From: Lingula anatina
Taxonomy: Eukaryota; Animalia; Brachiopoda
Assembly: GCA_051362555.1 (NCBI GenBank)
Contig: CM120646.1
Coordinates: 22,754,001-22,818,000 of the forward strand
Reading direction: 5' to 3'
Length of the DNA: 64,000 bases
A program made the position numbers and the translations under genes. Below, piece after piece: positions 53,033 to 64,000 of the stretch (position 1 is its first letter; each line of letters opens with the position of its first letter). The notes under the pieces were generated by a model. It did no database searches. It worked only from the letters and a program-made list of their open reading frames with translations, and was not told the origin of the DNA.

Positions 53033-53979
53033 TTTCACAAAGACTCACTAGTGGGTGATTCATATGATGTGATTGCCAATGATTTGTGATATTTTTAAAA
53101 AGGATGTGTCACCTTTCTCCCCAAGATACGATAATAAATGTCTAGACTCCTTTGTGGTTTAACGATGAAGAAATAATTAAATCTGCTTCGAGACACGTCT
53201 CTGTTGACATTCCATTAAATGTCTCATATCCTTTTCCCGTCCTCACTGTTGGTGTAATTTGTTTTTATAAAAGAAGCATTAGATCTGTGCTTGGAAATAA
53301 AGATATCTTATTAATGTATAATTGAATGTGTCTTTTATACACCGTGCTTCTTCGCGTATATTATAAGGATATGAAAAATTTCCTCCATTTTCTATCCAGC
53401 TGTTTTCCCAATGTGAGGCCACGGTAACAAAGAAATTGCCACCCACCCATTTACTCCTGGGAGCCAGTTTTCAAGATTTAGAAATTAAAAAGAATTTGTT
53501 TATATTCGATATGTCATATATAGGATCAATTAAAACATGCGATGTGCTTAATATTAATGCGAGGCTTTTTACAATTGTGACCTGCTCAAAATACAGTATG
53601 CTCCTAATACTGGGGTCGTATTTTTTTTAGTTCACTTGGTTTGCGTTGCATGTACGTCCCGTTTTCTTTGATAGGATCCAGAAAGTCGACTACAAATATA
53701 TTAGAGGCAGGCCTAGCCTTGTGAGCCTTACGTAAACCGCAACAAACAGTTAAGTAGACGGTTTGGGCTAAAAACAGGGTTTTTCAACGTGCGTGGACCA
53801 CTGTTATGATGCTCTGAGTGGGATCCACAGTTAAAAGCATCGATCCGAAGGCTGATCAAATAAATTGCCACCCTTTGACTGATCATTTTTACGCAGTGTT
53901 TGTCTATACCTGTATGTTTGTGGTATACCTTATAAATTGGGGTCTACCTGTTTATCATTTTACCCGGAAGCCAAGTGAC

Positions 53980-53990
53980 GGGGATTTCCC
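53980..53990 (+). promoter_or_regulatory. Candidate NF-kB site near a putative non-coding first exon of the TNIP2-like gene
   Basis: GGGGATTTCCC fits GGGRNWYYCC. A donor-like AAAAG|gtaggt lies at 54048. Confidence 0.45.
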
Positions 53991-55278
53991 TCTCTTGTTG
54001 CCTCGTGCTACACATGAAAACATCTGCTAAGCTCGAAGTCCAGAAAAGGTAGGTGACATTTGGAGAGACATAATTTTACACGTAGGTAGTTACCTTTTGT
54101 AGCTGGGGAAAGTATGCAAGATAGATTTTCTAAATAACATTATGTTTTTCAAATATAGCTTAATTCTCTCTGTCGAATGCATTTTTCTGCCAGTAAATGG
54201 CAACAGTGCATCTATATAGGTCACACTGGTAGATCCAATACATTTACTATCACCTGATAGAATATTAATTCAGATGTTCAGCCTATATTGTGCTGTTTTG
54301 GTTTGTGTGTATGCTATGCTGTTTATGTATATGGTGTTCACTATAACAGTCAAATACAAATCAATTGTATAATTTATTTTATTTAAATAGACCTCTAAAG
54401 CCTATAATAAATATGGCGGTTAGCGTATTGGAACTTAGAGTGGTAACAATGAAATTCACGCGAGCAAATTTTGCATCTAGAAAAAGTATCTCAAGTGAAA
54501 AATCTCTGTATGATCCTCCTAGAGGGTATAAATACCTTACAGTTTGGAGGTCAAGCATTTCCAAAGTTGATCACAGCCTATATATCGCACCGTATTGACA
54601 AAATTGCGCAATTATTGGCTGCTGAAACAACAGCAGTGAAAGCGAACAGCAATGTGTTACAATTAACATCTGCAAAATGAGACATTTTAAATTAGTTTTC
54701 TAATTTTAAAGATTGTAGGGTACATGTATGAAGACTAGCATCACATGACCCATGTGTTTTGAACCACTTTACGGTCACTGATCGATACCTTTGTGCAACA
54801 AATAAGACCCTTTTCACATGCATCGTGCATTGCACTTATTGGTTTTGGAATACTTATGTATACTGTATTAACAGCTGGCCCTTACATGTAATTTTTCAAG
54901 GGGAGTTTGACTGTTTCGATCAATCAAAATTTGGCCCAGATAACTGGTTGTGCCAGGCTTTTAAGTTGTCAATCCAATACATCAATACCGACACGTGTAA
55001 CACCCAATCTGGGACCCACTTAAATTTGGAAAGGGCCTGAAGAGCAACGCATGCGTAAAGCATGCGACGCAGGTGTAAAAACAAAGTAGTGTACTTGTCG
55101 TTAACTACATATGTGCATTTCCCGGAGCGTTAATAACGTACATGAATCATTCTTCATTATAATATGATATAAAAGCCAGCCGACAAGCTAGGTGCTGAAG
55201 GCAGCATTATTGAGTGCAGTTTAATTATAGATTAGAAAAGGGACTGTGTACGGAATTCTAGCGCAAAATAATCCATTA

Positions 55279-55318
55279 AAGAATTTCCCTGATGTCAGGG
55301 AAATTCCTAGAATTTCCC
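55279..55318. promoter_or_regulatory. Cluster of three kB-like sites, including a perfect 12-bp inverted repeat
   Basis: GAATTTCCCTGA-TG-TCAGGGAAATTC followed by AGAATTTCCC, upstream of the TNIP2-like coding exons. Confidence 0.4.
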
Positions 55319-56125
55319 TGATGGACCCGCTGATGGGCCCAGAAATTTTTTGTATTTTAAAGAGCGAACGGTGCCATTTGATACGGTTTAGAACTTCAGT
55401 TACAGCTGGTCAAAATTCTAATTTCAAGAGGGGACCTATGGTGTGATTTTTTTCAGAAATCGATGGGTGGGTGGGGGGGGGGGGGGGAGGGGCTCAGGAC
55501 CCCCTGACCCCCTACTAAATCCGCCACTGCTTATCAGAAGGAAAGATAACGGCATCAGGTACTTTTATTTGAGGCAATTTATCGTTTTGAGGGGATGTAT
55601 GAACTGGAAAACAAGTACCCCGGTAGCTCTAAAGAATTTGTACACACGTAGAAAAAGGAAATCAACGGGACATTTTCAAACGCGACAAGTATACCATTAA
55701 GCACAATATATACAAGTGCTATTTTACATGATATAGTGATTATTTTACTGAAAAAAAATCATGCGTGCCTTTGAACATGTTATCTAGAAATAACATTGGC
55801 AAGTATAAAACAAAGACAGCACGTATTGCTTCTGGATTACATTTATGAATCGAAAGCGAAACCAAGTATTCCCGGCACTCCTCAATATAGATGATGCAAT
55901 TGGGATTCACGTAGGATTTTCTTTAAAGGTGGCGTGACGTAGATTATTTTCTCAGATCAATTGGGCTTATCATTGGCTGTTTCAAATACCGCCAGTAGCC
56001 CAGTATATATTAATAGGTTCTAGTGTATTTCATTTTTTGCTTCTTTGCAGTGAATAGCGACAGCTGCATATAGAATATAAAGTTCCAGAGCCTCATTAGT
56101 TCTCAGCAACAGGGTGTATACCAAT

Positions 56126-59023
56126 ATGGCTGTTGATTCCAATGCAGTTGTACAACATGCAAAAGTTCCAGACCTTCGGGAATTTGAGAAAGGTGATTGC
56201 AACCCAGAAACCATACCTACTGGACATAGGTCAAATGAAGTCCAGTCCTTCGAACGGACCCTGAAAGGGATAGTGACGAAAGCTTTGGCTGCCTCTGAGG
56301 ATGCACCTGGAGTGAGGAAAAACGATGACCTTGTAGCTGAGAGTAACAAGCCGTCCATGTCTAATTCTTTAAGTTCTGAAAGTGCAATAGAGGTCAATGC
56401 GAACACTTCTCTAGGAAACAAAACCCCCGAGGTAACTGGAAAAGTGGAGCACCCCACCTCAAAAACTGCAAGCTCATTGGTTGAAGTAAGTGAACATTAC
56501 AGAGAAGCTTCATCAATCACCGACAGCTCTAGTGATCAGAATGAAAATTCCGTTTTGATAACAGAAACGCAAAATGAACTTTCTTTTTGCAATGGCACCG
56601 TCCAGGGGCATGATGCTGACACGGGTGGATACGTGAAGGAGAGTGTTGAGGAAGGAGAGGTCTGCGGTAAGAAAGAGAACATTGGTGGCGGCGGAGGGGA
56701 TCAAAGTAGCAGTTTTGGCAATTGCGTTCATGAAAATGATGTGACCCATTCAAATAACCAAACATTACCTTCAGGCCACAATGATAAAGAAAGAGCTGCA
56801 AGGAAACAAAATGGCCGGCATAATGATAATGGCGTAATGGAACATCAAACGGCACACCAAAAAGACATCATCGACAACACCGAAAGTACTACTGACAATG
56901 CTAAGAAAAATTGTGAAACGGATCGTCGTGAAATGTCTGATGATTTAAGCTTGACTGGGATGGAACATGGCCAGATGAAAGAATCCAATGCAATCGTAAA
57001 CCATTGTCTAACTACGCAACAGGACAACAGTAGTAAAGAACATGTGGAAACAATAGGGAAACTACAAAGACTGACATATCGCCTTCAAAGTAAAGTTCTG
57101 TTTTTACAGTCAAAGATTGAGGTACGTGGAGAGAATAGATATCCTGATTCATCCAGTTTGATATCACATTAGAGGGAAAAAATAAATCTTAACCTGAAGT
57201 TCAGTGGTATCGATGGCAATGTCTGTTCGTTGCGTTATTGTTTTATGATAAATTAGATAAATATTTCCTGTGTTATTGAGAAAGGGCATTTTCTTCATTT
57301 TCTGAATTTTATTACTTTAATTTCCTATCTTAAGCTTAAAATGCATATTCATATCGTCGCTTTTTATGTCTTTCAGAGTGATAAAAAATTGAAGTTAGAA
57401 ATTGGACAGGTCAGCACTGTTTAATACTTAAGTTGTATATTTAGTTAAATTATGTTATTACTCTGAAAATGAAATAGTTATTTTCCAGTTATTGTAATGC
57501 TTGTAATGTGTCGATAGTTGTGATTAAAATACTAGTTTGTTTAGAGACTGTGCCCCTTTTCCCTGCCTAAAGCCTTGGTGTCTCTCAGCCTTTTTTATGT
57601 ACATATATGCACATTGAAGTAATCACAATCGATTATTCTTTCAGCTCAAACACGCAAACAAACAATGGGCCGAATACAACAAGACGAGAGAAGAATACGT
57701 ACGCGATCTTTTAAAGCAAATACATGCTCTAGAAATTCAGTTGGCTCAAGAAAAAACTGAAAAGAAAGAGGTATAGCATGTATCCAAAACGGAAAGCTTT
57801 ATCTACTTACGTAATTTAGTCACAAATAGCAAGTGAAATTCAGTGCAAGGCGTTTGAAATATTATTTTTTTCAGTTAAGTGGTGCAGTTTTCTGAAACCA
57901 TTGCTCGTGTGTAGTTTTTGCTATTTTTGGTAAACCTTTCAGCTTGAAAAACTTTATAAAGACTGCAAAAATCTTCTCCAATACCAACAACACGAAACAG
58001 AACACTACAAAGAGCAGGTTTCCTTACTGCAAGTGCAAGTCCGTCAGTTCTCTGAAGATTTTCAAGAAGAGAAATTGGAAAAGGAAATCGCCAGAAGAGA
58101 AGTTCAGAGGCTGCTGGAGGAACAGTCCGTGCATAGATCACAGGTAGCTTTTGATAGTTTTCGGATTATTCTACGCCCAAATATGTCTAAAAGGCAAAGG
58201 GAATTACTGTCGCGAATAAAAAACATCTTTCATCATGCTCACTTTTTTCTGTTAGCGTGCAGTGCCTACTTCACCTTTTGCACTGCTCAAAACGTGTCAA
58301 CAAATGTTTCCAGATCAATTTTTTCTATACATGTTGGAAATTGATTTGTATCCTGACCATTGTAAAATATCTGCAGGATCGAATATCGATAGTTTTTGTA
58401 CAGTTAATGCGGTAAAGACGGTTTTACACGATATATTCAAGTGAAATGATGTAAATCAATCACAAAATTTCATTCATGGCGAAATAAAAATTCGCCAAGC
58501 ACGCCTTAAAGACAATCTCATCATGCAGTCACCGCTTAAATATTTAGTATTGCCTTTAACGATGTATACACATCCGATATGGCGCAAACATACACAAATA
58601 TTTATGCTACTTGTTATTGCTTTAGGCAAAACCACTAAATTGCGCTGCTGAAAATTCCCCCGCCTTAGGACATGGATCAGACCTCCTTAGTCTTGGTAGT
58701 CTGACCATGGATGGTAATAGAGATGATGACGGGATTGGAGATGACGGAAGCGACACCTATCGGAACCCAGTCGAGGAATCTGCACAACGTCAGGTGGGGT
58801 TTATGGATTCTGTGCTAATAAAAGGAAATCACGAGTCTACTTTTCATGTTATAGACTTTGTATTTAGGTACCCCTCTGATAGCAGGGGCTAATAATATAG
58901 GATATATAATAAAAGTATGACAGTAATTTTGTAACAGACTACTAGCGCACCCTGTTGTCAGAGAATGGTTTAAGATGTGTGAAAACTCTGTTCTGCTTAT
59001 TATGACCATGCCTGTCTATGGTA

Positions 59024-59080
<57 letters not shown>

Positions 59081-59464
59081 GGAGAAATAAATGAATTAAA
59101 AAACAAAGCGAACGTCACACTGACTTGCAACGAGGTCTATGTACCAGGAAGAAATGACACTGATCTTAATTGATAAAATATGTGGCATATTACTCATTCG
59201 GTTCATGGTCATGGCTTGAAAGAAAAAATACAAATATATTCTTGCGTCTTTCAGAACAGAAATAGAACCGATAGAGGAACCCGAAACAATTGCGCTGATG
59301 AGGAAGAGGCGTGTGGAGTTAATAATCAGTCAAGTGACAGTCGTCCAGAAGACAATTTCAGCACGAGCCATGATGGTCGTCTGCGTTGCCCAAAGTGTTG
59401 GCGGGAGTATGACGAACGCCGATATCTAGAACTGTTAGAACATATCGACATATGTTGTGACTGA
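56126..59464 (+). CDS. TNFAIP3-interacting protein 2 (ABIN-2)/CEP55-like protein: long low-complexity N-terminus, EABR coiled coil, UBAN-like motif, C-terminal CCHC zinc finger (about 577 aa)
   Basis: Exons: 56126-57121, 57377-57409, 57645-57770, 57943-58143, 58626-58793, 59255-59464 (TGA), all phase 0, total 1734 nt. EABR-like NKQWAEYNKTREEYVRDLL, UBAN-like LLQVQVRQFSEDFQEEK, zinc finger LRCPKCWREYDERRYLELLEHIDICCD. Confidence 0.82.
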
Positions 59465-59542
59465 GTTATAGTGTTGTCGGTGCAGCAACTATTCGCAAAA
59501 CGCGTACCGCGGAGACAACCAACCAAAATCATGAGCTTTTTA

Positions 59543-59838
59543 AAACTAGAAAAAGCACTCCGAGAGCGCAGACCTCCGCCAAGGCAGCAGAGACTCCACC
59601 AAATGCCGTTTCACCCCTAAATTTTTGATTATTGACTGATTATTGATTGGTTATTGATCCGGATCACCACCAAAAACTAATCACTGCTAAGTTAACCCAT
59701 AGCTGACCTACCCTGAAAATTCCATCGAAATTCATCCATAACTTTTTGAGTTATGTTGATGACAAACAGACAGACAGACAGACAGAAAGACAGAAAGACA
59801 AACAGGGGTGAAAACATAACCTCCTTGGCGGAGGTAAT
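59543..59838. mobile_element. Non-autonomous Helentron-associated (HINE/DINE-1-like) element
   Basis: Subterminal inverted repeats ACCTCCGCCAAGG (59572-59584) / CCTTGGCGGAGGT (59823-59835), an internal (GACA)n microsatellite, a short terminal hairpin and no ORF. Confidence 0.72.
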
Positions 59839-60220
59839 TAGGCGTATATAAATCCAAGTTGATATATCTTCGATTAAGTCAGGTGTTCTAAAATCAATTT
59901 TTGTTTTTTCTACTTCCCCATCTTTGTAAAACGATATTTCTTTTTGTTCTTAAAATCAAGAATTGGGAATTAATGATCTATAAAAAATAAAAGTGTTCCT
60001 TTGTTGACCTTTCACATACCCTGAGTTCCAGAAAGAAATGGACGCTAACCTCGAGCGTAGTTAATATAATAATGTTTTGTTGGCGAAATACTGCAGACAT
60101 ACATTTTAACATAGACATTGTACGAAGTGTTTAAATCTTGATCCATACTAACCAGTGCCCAAGTAGTGGGGACAGTATCCCTAAACCGAGGGTGCCTTTA
60201 TTGAGCCTATAAAATATAGC

Positions 60221-60383
60221 CGCATTCAAAACCAAAGTTTATCCGCGGACCTTATCTTACCGCGTAATTCCCGCAGGGAATATATGCAGTGAATCTGTTG
60301 GGGGGGATTGTGAGGCAAATTTTAAGTGGATGGGCTATATTTGATCCGCTGATCTTTTAGTCAATCATCTTGCTCTGAATGCG
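60221..60383 (-). mobile_element. MITE family B-related degenerate copy
   Basis: Ends CGCATTCA...TGAATGCG. Internal CAGTGAATCTGTT and GGCTATATTTGATCC. Confidence 0.5.
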
Positions 60384-60598
60384 TCCTGTGGCAGATAGGC
60401 TTGAATAATGCAAATGATAAGCGTATATCACGCACAATATAAAATCGCCAGATTAACCAACGTTGTGGGTTTGGTATTTGATTGACCTTGATATACTATC
60501 TGTTGAACTCATCACACCTAGGACTATAAATAATCGATCTCTACACCGATACCAACAATTTAATTGTCTGAATAACTCAGTATTTCATGCTATTGAAA

Positions 60599-61332
60599 AT
60601 GTATGGCGGTTTATTCCTGTCACGCCTCTCTACAGCTGTGTTTCTTTTGACGCCTGGTGAGTACAACCGTTAAAATGTTGCTAAAAGGAAGGAAACCGTA
60701 TTTTGGCACGAACCGTTTCAATTAACGAGTTGTCATGGAGGCTTTAATTTTTTATTTTGCAAAAGCCGAATGTAATATTTCTGAGTAAATGTATTTTATC
60801 AGACCGTTTAGTTCTGTGCTTGGTTTTAGCCGAGTTAACGGTTATATGCATTGTCTTTCATTTCTATGGGGTTTGCACTAATGGCGTATTACACATTACG
60901 TCCTTTATGAATACAAACCTTCCTCACAAATTACATCTTAACTATAGCAATGATGGCAGAGGCAGCTTAGTACCGTGCCTTGCGTTGACAGATACGTTTG
61001 TTTGAAGTGTAAGAAAAAAAATCAAGAACAACTTTCCAATATTCGATGTTTTACCTTACAGACCATTCACATTTTATCTACAAGAAGCATATTTGCATTG
61101 GCTGAGAAATATTGAATGAGTTTTTTAAACAAAAAAAATTGCCATTATCAGTGAACTTGTGCCTAGTCAAGTGGTAGTTAAAACATTCAGTATAAAATAT
61201 GATCGCCACCGATTTGAGGCTATGTTAGCAGCGTGACAATAATAAGTAGATAAATACTAAGTAAACCCCCATTTATTAATACCTTATAAAGTTAGAGTCC
61301 AGTAATCTGTGGCACTAAAGGCATGACATCGC

Positions 61333-61382
<50 letters not shown>

Positions 61383-63815
61383 AAAAGTGATGATTTAATA
61401 AAGACGACAATGGCATGATGGTAAGGCGCATATATCTATGTGGCACTGATGAATATTCCCCAAAGCGCAAAATGCTGATAAGTGAAATAAGATTATTGGC
61501 CCTGGGATGGGGGTGGGGGGGTGGGGGGGGGGGTGAGACTGGAAATTTGTCACGGATATTCACAGAAATATATCTCTCAAGCCTACCATAAGGAACAAAC
61601 GCTTGATTCAAACTTTCTTTATATCTATTAAAGAGCTACTACAGCAGGGGTAACTAAAATATTGTGGTTATTCCAGTCCTTGGTCAGTTATGTCCAGAAG
61701 GATGGCTGGACAGTCCAGTCAGTGAGTACTGCTTCCAGTTCAGTCCCTATAACACCCAGAAGCCATGGAGGGAGGCTAGGGAGTGGTGCCAGGCGACACT
61801 GGGAGATCTGGCCTGGTATGACAGCCAGGAGGAACGGGTAGGTACAGGGAATGGTGCCAGGCGAGACTGGGAGATCTGGCCTGGTATGACAGCCAGGAGG
61901 AACGGGTAGGTACAGGGAATGGTGCCAGGCGAGACTGGGAGATCTGGCCTGGTATGACAGCCAGGAGGAATGGGTAGGTACAGGGAATGGTGCCAGGCGA
62001 GACTGGGAGATCTGGCCTGGTATGACAGCCAAGAGGAATTGGTAGGTACAGGGAGTGGTGCCAGGCGACACTGGGAGATCTGGCCTGGTATGACAGCCAG
62101 GAGGAACGGGTAGGTACAGGGAATGGTGCCAGGCGAGACTGGGAGATCTGGCCTGGTATGACAGCCAGGAGGAACGGGTAGGTACAGGGAGTGGTGCCAG
62201 GCGACACTGGGAGACCTGGCCTGGTATGACAGCCAGGAGGAACGGTTAGGTATTCAGTCAGATGTTTTGAACATCAATGAAGGTGTATTTTTTTGGAAAT
62301 TTAGTATCAGGTTAAATGTAATGAATATTGAATAACAGATTTTTGATGCTGAGTGAAATAAGCAACCTCTTAATAGTGACTGTAATAACCAAGAGACATT
62401 ACATTTTAAGGTTTTACTCAAAGCTCCACTGCTACCTGATTAACTGCAGCCTTCTTATTGATTCTAAAAATGTCAAACCACTTTTATGTATGAGGATGCA
62501 GTATTTAGTATTCATTCCAACAGAAGCACTACATTATATATTGCTAGTTCTTTTCACTGTTAAAAGAAATTTAATATAACTAGTTGGCTGAAGAAAGCTC
62601 ATAAAAATGCATTGATTTCAGCGTTTCCTGGTGTCTACGGCTGAGCGTATCACCCAGGTTGACCCCTATAGTCGCACGTGGTGGGTGGGACTGACCAGTG
62701 ACGTCACTGGACTGGCTGACGTCACCGCTGGGGGTGGGTGGAAATGGGTCTCAGGGAAGAAGGCCGAGTCTGATCTTATGTAAGTTTTAACTTAAAAGTA
62801 GCAAATACTTGAATGAGTAAATGCATAAGTGATATAAAAATTCAGAATTGGGTAAATGTTATTGAAATGCATTTTCCCACATGGTAATATGTTTGCATAA
62901 TTAACGAATTTGCTTTAATTTAAAGAGCACCTTGCTTGAAACGCATTTTTTCATTGGTTAAACAATGTACATATTAAACAGTTTGGCAGGTGGATGAATT
63001 TTGCATCAACTTTCTAATCGAACCAAGGTCACGTTTATATATGTTTTTCAGTGACTGGGGGAATCTTGAGCCGGCTGATAGCGGTGTTCAAAACTGCGCG
63101 AATTTATGGACCAAAAGGGCGTCGCCAAATATGGGAAAGATAAGTGCAGGCAGTTGCTCTGTCTCTCACCCCTACATATGTAAAAGACCAAAAGGTAAAC
63201 ATTATTCTATGTCAATATATGCCTTTTCAAAATGTCCTTATAAAGGAAAGCGTAGTTTTCATTTTATATCAGAATTTGTTCTATTCCAAAAATGGCTCCT
63301 AATAGGGTTGACCTGCACAAAGGTCTTGTCAGTACAAGTTTTTTCTCCGCATTACGGTGGTGATAAATTCAGATGTTTCGTCACATGTCACAATCTTGGG
63401 TGTCATTTCTTATCAGAGATGTTAACATTCCTTCGCCTTTCTTCCAGCTGTAGTCGATAACTGTCCAGCAAGCTGGCAACAGGTCGACGATTCTTGTTTC
63501 AAATTCTTTGACTCTGAAAAAGATTGGAAATCTGCAAGGTACGTTGAACGTTAGGTACATGCATGCGCAGAAATTCAGTGAATTAAAAAAGAGTAAACTT
63601 GTATTGTGATCGTTGTGTTTTAATATTGATATTATATTGCATGATTTATTCAGGAATTTTATGGGGATATATTGATACGTTTCAGTGGTTACTGTGGTTA
63701 CTATGGAGCAGACCTGGCAACGGTCGATAGCGAGGCTCAGCAGCAGTATATGTACGACGTGTCGAAATATCATGACAAGTCTATCTGGCTGGGGTATTCG
63801 TCATCTAATAACGGG
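60599..63815 (+). CDS. Secreted or membrane multi-domain C-type lectin (macrophage mannose receptor-like), 3' partial
   Basis: Exons: 60599-60656, 61677-61837, 62622-62779, 63052-63194, 63448-63538, 63686-63815, continuing off the window. Signal-peptide-like MYGGLFLSRLSTAVFLLTPVLG. CTLD1: CPEGW...YCFQF...WREAREWC...WWVGL...WKW...W...EPA...NCA...C...YICKR. CTLD2: CPASWQQVDDSCFKF...W...C...GADLATV...IWLG. Confidence 0.88.
61336..61379. repeat. (GA)n microsatellite
   Basis: Directly visible. Confidence 0.95.
61778..62252 (+). repeat. 68-bp tandem repeat, 7 copies, spanning the lectin exon-2/intron junction
   Basis: GGTGCCAGGCG recurs at 61785, 61853, 61921, 61989, 62057, 62125 and 62193. Each unit is 58 nt of exon plus GTAGGTACAG. 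Confidence 0.96.
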
Positions 63816-64000
63816 GTCAGTCCTCCCCCCCCGTTCTCTCCCCCCTCTCTCTCTCTCTCTCTCTGCAGACCCTTCCTTTTACAAAATAATCCTATTTATC
63901 ATTTATCGATCGATTTTCGATTGTTGCAAAATTCTTGTCTTTTCAAAACTTATATTTGAGGTTATTTCTTAATGCAAAAGAGTAAAATGACGCTTAAAAC

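Noticed and set aside
56020-57027. Minus-strand ORFs overlapping the large TNIP2-like exon
   Set aside because: Antisense shadows of a coding exon with no recognisable motifs.
61688-62207. Minus-strand repetitive ORFs (127 and 143 aa)
   Set aside because: Antisense read-through of the 68-bp tandem repeat.
61778-62252. CRISPR-like appearance of the regular repeats (also 17646-17877 and 41002-41180)
   Set aside because: Head-to-tail repeats with no unique spacers, no cas genes, and a eukaryotic context.

Overview
AT-rich, intron-rich animal genomic DNA, invertebrate-like; the species cannot be determined from sequence. I built seven spliced protein-coding genes by hand from GT-AG junctions with consistent phases. 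In order: SKAP2-like PH adaptor (-, runs off the left edge), ZDHHC23-like palmitoyltransferase (-), tandem coactosin-type ADF-H protein (+), TTC12 (-) head-to-head with IFT57 (+), TNIP2/ABIN-2-like protein (+), and a multi-CTLD C-type lectin (+, runs off the right edge). Non-coding DNA carries several MITE families (3-bp TSDs, two nested insertions), a Helentron-type HINE and many microsatellites. No CRISPR, rRNA or tRNA was seen. The most unusual pattern is repeated local duplication that captures splice sites: a 7x68-bp donor array in the lectin, a 4x61-bp array of complete micro-exons, duplicated donors or acceptors in IFT57, TTC12 and ZDHHC23, and a dispersed copy of SKAP2 exon 2. Also noted are recursive-splice-like AG|GT sites and an orphan 74-aa ORF in the 13-kb region upstream of ZDHHC23. 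Gene identities rest on remembered family motifs, not database searches.
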